This document shows, in pieces, positions 60,122 through 64,000 of a stretch of DNA of 64,000 nucleotides. Under the pieces are notes generated by a model. The model saw only the letters and a list, made by a program, of their open reading frames with translations, ran no database searches and was not told where the DNA came from. The stretch is from an uncultured Chloroflexia bacterium (GTDB lineage Bacteria > Chloroflexota > Limnocylindria > Limnocylindrales > CSP1-4): NCBI GenBank assembly GCA_963712745.1, contig CAVQJC010000011.1:32001-96000 (forward strand), given 5' to 3'. The translations under genes were made by a program, and so were the position numbers. Within the stretch, counting starts at the first letter, position 1, and the number at the start of each line of letters is the position of its first letter.

Positions 60122-62011
60122 CTAGCTCAGGCCCGGAGCGTGGGCCTCGAACTGCTCGTGGTAGAGCCGGGCATATGCACCGCCCTGCGCCAGCAGCTCG
60201 GCGTGGGTCCCGCGCTCGACGATCTGCCCCCGCTCGTAGACGAGGATCAGATCGGCCCGCAGGATGGTCGAGAGCCGGTGCGCGATGGCCAGCGTGGTTC
60301 GGCCGCGCATGGTGGCCTCGATGGCGCGCTGGATGAGCCGCTCGCTGACCGTGTCCAGCGCGCTGGTGGCCTCGTCCAGCACGAGGATGCGCGGATCCTT
60401 GAGCAGCACCCGAGCGAGCGCGATGCGCTGCTTCTCGCCGCCGGAGAGCTTGTAGCCTCGCTCGCCGACCACCGTGTCGTAGCCCTCGGGTAACTCGCTG
60501 ATGCGCTCGTGGATGGCCGCGAGCCGTGCGGCCTCCTGCATCTCGGTGTCAGTGGCGTCGGGCTTGGCATAGGCCAGGTTCTCGCGAACGGTGGCATGGA
60601 AGAGGTACGCCTCCTGGGTCACGAAGCCGATGACGTCGCCCAGGCTGGCAAGCTGCAGGTCCCGCACGTCCCGCCCGTCGATCTCGACCGCGCCCGACTC
60701 CACGTCGTAGAGGCGCGGCAGCAGATAGGTCGAGGTCGTCTTGCCCGCGCCGGACGGGCCCACCAGTGCCGCCAGCTGCCCGGGCTCCACCTCGAAATCG
60801 ATGTCGCGCAGATTGAACGGCGTGCCGTTGCCGGCCTCTGGTGCAGCCGGGTCTACAGCGCCAGCCTCCGCGTCGACCGGCGCATCGGGGTAGCTGAAGG
60901 ACACGTGGCGGAAACGCACCCGGCCTGCCACCGAGCCCGCGCGCAGCGCTACCGCATCGGGCTTGTCGGTGATCTCAGGTTCCAGATCGAGGTACTCGAA
61001 GATGCGGTCGAACAACGCCAACGCGCCCTGCACCTCCACCTGCACGTTGAGCAGCTGTCCCAGCGGGAAGAAGAGCCTCGCCTGGAGGGTGGTGAAAGCC
61101 ACGATGTCGCCGATGCTGGGCGCCGTCGGATCGCCGGAGATGACCAGCAGCCCCGCGATCCAATAGACCACGGCCGGCATCACGCTGAAGACGGTGCCCA
61201 CCAGCATGAAGAACCAGCGCCCGACCAGCGACTGGCGCAGCTGCAGGCGGGCCAGCCGGGCGTTGGCCACGCGGAAGCGCTCGATGGCCGCGTACTGCTG
61301 CCCGAAGGTCTTGGACAGCAGGATGCCGCTGACAGAGAGTGTCTCCTCGGTGATGGCCGACATGTCCGCCATCGACTTCTGGGTCTCCTCGCTGGCCTTC
61401 CGTCGCACCTTGCCCACGCGGAACGTGAGGTACAGGAAGATGGGCAGGATGGCCAGCGAGATGGCCGTCAGCCGCCAGTCGAGCAGCACCATCGCCAACA
61501 GGGTCGTGACCACGATGGTCAGGTTGCTGAAGACCGAGCTGGCGGTGTCGGTCACCACCGACTGCACGCCGCCCACGTCGTTGGCGATGCGGCTCTGGAT
61601 CTCGCCGGTGCGGGTCTCGGTGAAGAAGCGCAACGGCATGCGCTGGAGGTGGGCGTAGACCGCATCGCGCAGGTCCTGCATGACGGCCTGGCCCACGCGG
61701 TTGTTGACGTACGTCTGGCCCACGCCGATGAAGCCGCTGATGACCGGGATGGCGATCATGCCCACGATGAGCAGGTTGAGCATGGCCAGGTCCTGGTCGG
61801 GGATGGCTACGTCGATCACCGACTTGAGCAGGAACGGCGTGACGACTCCAAGAAGGCTGGTCGCGACGATCGAGACCACCACCACCAGCACCTGCCGGCG
61901 GTAGGGATGGAAGAAGCCGGCGATGCGCCGCACGGTGGGCCAGCGCCGCTCCCTGGGCACCGGCGTGAAGTCGCGGCTGCTGAACGAGCGACCGCCACCA
62001 TGGAAGCCCAT
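60122..62011 (-). CDS. ABC exporter, fused permease/ATPase (MdlB/Atm1-like)
   Basis: Six-TM N-terminus; GPSGAGKT, LSGGEKQR, LDEATSALD, IAHRLST. Confidence 0.95.
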   Translation of the reverse strand: MGFHGGGRSFSSRDFTPVPRERRWPTVRRIAGFFHPYRRQVLVVVVSIVATSLLGVVTPFLLKSVIDVAIPDQDLAMLNLLIVGMIAIPVISGFIGVGQTYVNNRVGQAVMQDLRDAVYAHLQRMPLRFFTETRTGEIQSRIANDVGGVQSVVTDTASSVFSNLTIVVTTLLAMVLLDWRLTAISLAILPIFLYLTFRVGKVRRKASEETQKSMADMSAITEETLSVSGILLSKTFGQQYAAIERFRVANARLARLQLRQSLVGRWFFMLVGTVFSVMPAVVYWIAGLLVISGDPTAPSIGDIVAFTTLQARLFFPLGQLLNVQVEVQGALALFDRIFEYLDLEPEITDKPDAVALRAGSVAGRVRFRHVSFSYPDAPVDAEAGAVDPAAPEAGNGTPFNLRDIDFEVEPGQLAALVGPSGAGKTTSTYLLPRLYDVESGAVEIDGRDVRDLQLASLGDVIGFVTQEAYLFHATVRENLAYAKPDATDTEMQEAARLAAIHERISELPEGYDTVVGERGYKLSGGEKQRIALARVLLKDPRILVLDEATSALDTVSERLIQRAIEATMRGRTTLAIAHRLSTILRADLILVYERGQIVERGTHAELLAQGGAYARLYHEQFEAHAPGLS

Positions 62012-62040
62012 CAGGTCGCCACCGCTAGACTCGAGAAGAC

Positions 62041-62985
62041 GTGGACGAACGACCTAACCGGCTCGAGGACGAGCCAGAAGCCATCTTCATCGTGGGCGTC
62101 AGCCGCAGCGGCACGACGCTCATGCGCCGCATCCTCGACAAGCACAGCCGCATCGGCATCGCCACCGAGAACCACTTCCTCGGTCACCTGCTGGCCTGGG
62201 AGGGCACGCGCCATTATTTCCGGCGGCTGGGCGACTTGCGCGACGACGCCACCGTCCAGGCCCTCGTCGAGCTCATCTACTCGGGCGAGCTGCAGCGACG
62301 CTCCCGCCTGCGGGAGCTGAGCCCCTACTGGCGCTGGCTCACGAGCAAGGTCCCAGCCGAGGACATCGAGGCCTACCTGCTGGCATCGGATCGCACCGAG
62401 CGAGGCGTCTTCGAGGCGTTCCTGCGCGTCTACGCCGATCGCCGCGGCAAGGCCATCATGGGCGAGAAGACGCCGGCCCACCTCGACTACGTGGAGACCC
62501 TGCTGGAGTGGTTTCCCGACGGCCGTGTCGTGCACTGTGCGCGCGACCCTCGCGCGATCTACGTCTCTGAGCTGCGACGACGCCGCGAGGTCGCGACGGG
62601 CTTCCCATACCGGCAGCTGGCCATGGTCCCGGGCCTGATGGAGCGCTTCGTGCTGCTGCAGGTGGCGTGGGCCTGGGCCCGAGCCGTCCACCGCCACCGC
62701 ACGCTGAGCCGACGTTTCCCCGACCGCTACCGGCTGGTGCGTTTCGAGGACCTGGTGGCCGACCCGGCCGGGACGCTGGGCGCCCTGTGCGAGTTCCTGG
62801 GCGTGGCGGCCGAACCGCGCATGCTCGAGCAGAAGGTGACCTCCAGGGGCGCCCTGGTGGGCGCGGCCGGGTTCGACGCAGGGGCGGCCGACCGCTGGCG
62901 CGAAATCATCGATGCCGGCGCGCAGTCGAGCATCGAGCTGTTGCTCGGTCGGCGCCTGGCCGAGATGGGCTACGGGGCAGCGTGA
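62041..62985 (+). CDS. Sulfotransferase family protein
   Basis: GVSRSGTTL (5'-PSB), GEKTP, RDPRAIYVS (3'-PB), RFEDLV. Confidence 0.9.
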   Translation: MDERPNRLEDEPEAIFIVGVSRSGTTLMRRILDKHSRIGIATENHFLGHLLAWEGTRHYFRRLGDLRDDATVQALVELIYSGELQRRSRLRELSPYWRWLTSKVPAEDIEAYLLASDRTERGVFEAFLRVYADRRGKAIMGEKTPAHLDYVETLLEWFPDGRVVHCARDPRAIYVSELRRRREVATGFPYRQLAMVPGLMERFVLLQVAWAWARAVHRHRTLSRRFPDRYRLVRFEDLVADPAGTLGALCEFLGVAAEPRMLEQKVTSRGALVGAAGFDAGAADRWREIIDAGAQSSIELLLGRRLAEMGYGAA

Positions 62986-62989
62986 ACGA

Positions 62990-64000
62990 CTAGGCGAGTG
63001 AGACCGCCTCGCCTACCCCCTGGTTCGCCGGCTCAGTGCCCGAGTCGGCCTGCTCCTCCAGCCAGCGCTCGGCGTCGATGGCCGCCCGGCAGCCATCGCC
63101 GGCCGCGGTGACGGCCTGGCGGTAGCGGTGATCGTGGACGTCGCCGGCCACGAACACGCCTTCCACGTTGGAGTAGGTGTGATCGACGACCTCGAGGTAG
63201 CCCTTGTCATCGATGTCGAGATGCTCGCGGAAGACCTCGGTATTGGGCTTGTGGCCGATGGCGATGAAGAGCCCCTCGATGGGCATCTGGCGCTTCTCCC
63301 CGGACAGCGTATCGGTCAGCTCCAGGCCCTCGATCTTGTCTGCGCCGAGCACGTCCGTGACCTGCGTATTCCACTCGATGCTGATCTTGGGGTGCGTCTT
63401 GGCGCGGTTCTGCATGATGCGGCTGCCGCGGAACTCGTCACGCCGGTGGATGAGCACGATCTCGCTGGCGAACTTGGTCAGGAACAGCGCCTCCTCGAGC
63501 GCGCTGTCCCCACCGCCGACCACCGCGATCCTCTTGTCACGGAAGAAGAAGCCGTCGCAGGTGGCGCAGGCCGACACGCCGCGTCCGCGCAGGCGCGTCT
63601 CGTTCTCCAGGTCGAGCCAGATGGCGCTGGCGCCGGTGGCCACGATGACCGCGTCGGCGGTGTACCGGGTGCCGCCGGCGGTGACCTTGAAGGGGCGTTC
63701 GCTGAAGTCGACCGAGTCCACGTCGATATCGTGCAGGCGGGCGCCGAAGCGCTCCGCCTGGGCGCGCATGTTGGCCATCAGGGCTGGGCCGTCGATGCCC
63801 TCGGGGAAGCCGGGGAAGTTCTCGACCTCGCTGGTGATCATGAGCTGGCCGCCGGGCACGAAACCGGCGATGACGAGCGGCTCGAGATCAGCGCGCGCGG
63901 CGTAGATGGCGGCGGTCAGGCCGGCCGGGCCGCTGCCGATGATGAGCACGCGCGCATGCGAGCCCTTGCCGGCGGTCGCGGCCGCCGGCGCGGATTCCGT
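62990..64000 (-). CDS. trxB: Thioredoxin reductase (start at or beyond the window edge)
   Basis: GSGPAG, CATCDG, GGGDSA, HRRD, AGDV..HRYRQA. Confidence 0.96.
   Translation of the reverse strand, partial: TESAPAAATAGKGSHARVLIIGSGPAGLTAAIYAARADLEPLVIAGFVPGGQLMITSEVENFPGFPEGIDGPALMANMRAQAERFGARLHDIDVDSVDFSERPFKVTAGGTRYTADAVIVATGASAIWLDLENETRLRGRGVSACATCDGFFFRDKRIAVVGGGDSALEEALFLTKFASEIVLIHRRDEFRGSRIMQNRAKTHPKISIEWNTQVTDVLGADKIEGLELTDTLSGEKRQMPIEGLFIAIGHKPNTEVFREHLDIDDKGYLEVVDHTYSNVEGVFVAGDVHDHRYRQAVTAAGDGCRAAIDAERWLEEQADSGTEPANQGVGEAVSLA

Overview
High-GC, gene-dense bacterial chromosomal window. The gene set and protein style suggest a soil or aquatic Terrabacteria lineage such as Chloroflexota; this is inference only. 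About 60 CDS; no rRNA, tRNA or CRISPR seen. Main blocks: (1) housekeeping and metabolic genes (NMT1-type SBP, MetE-like, SDR, PfkB kinase, upp, asparaginase II, J-domain protein, gltX). (2) A ~27 kb phosphate/polyphosphate supercluster: OmpR-type regulator, DUF47-pit, PhoR-like kinase, sixA, pstSCAB-phoU-arsC, a basic AKPAT-repeat histone/AlgP-like protein, ppk1, CYTH-CHAD, ppk2 and ppx. It has 11-bp-phased Pho-box-like repeats and is interrupted by vapBC plus a stand-alone MORC-like GHKL ATPase, and by an arcC-arcB-arcA operon. (3) A bacterial microcompartment operon of the sugar-phosphate-utilisation type: SorC-family regulator, RpiB and DeoC with encapsulation peptides, aldehyde dehydrogenase, 1 BMC-H, 2 BMC-T and 3 BMC-P. 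It carries an unusual 4-Cys insert in DeoC and a Cys-to-Asp change in RpiB, and is divergent from an SDR plus a mannonate-dehydratase-like gene. (4) dps, pncA, citrate synthase, two GT2 genes, a two-gene fused EtfBA + FixCX-like system, an IS481 element beside a decayed Ca-binding-repeat gene, an ABC exporter, a sulfotransferase and trxB. Five single-base frameshifts (phoR-like, pstA, ppk1, SpoIIAA-like, a small membrane gene) may be assembly errors. At least 11 genes show a leaderless-promoter signature.
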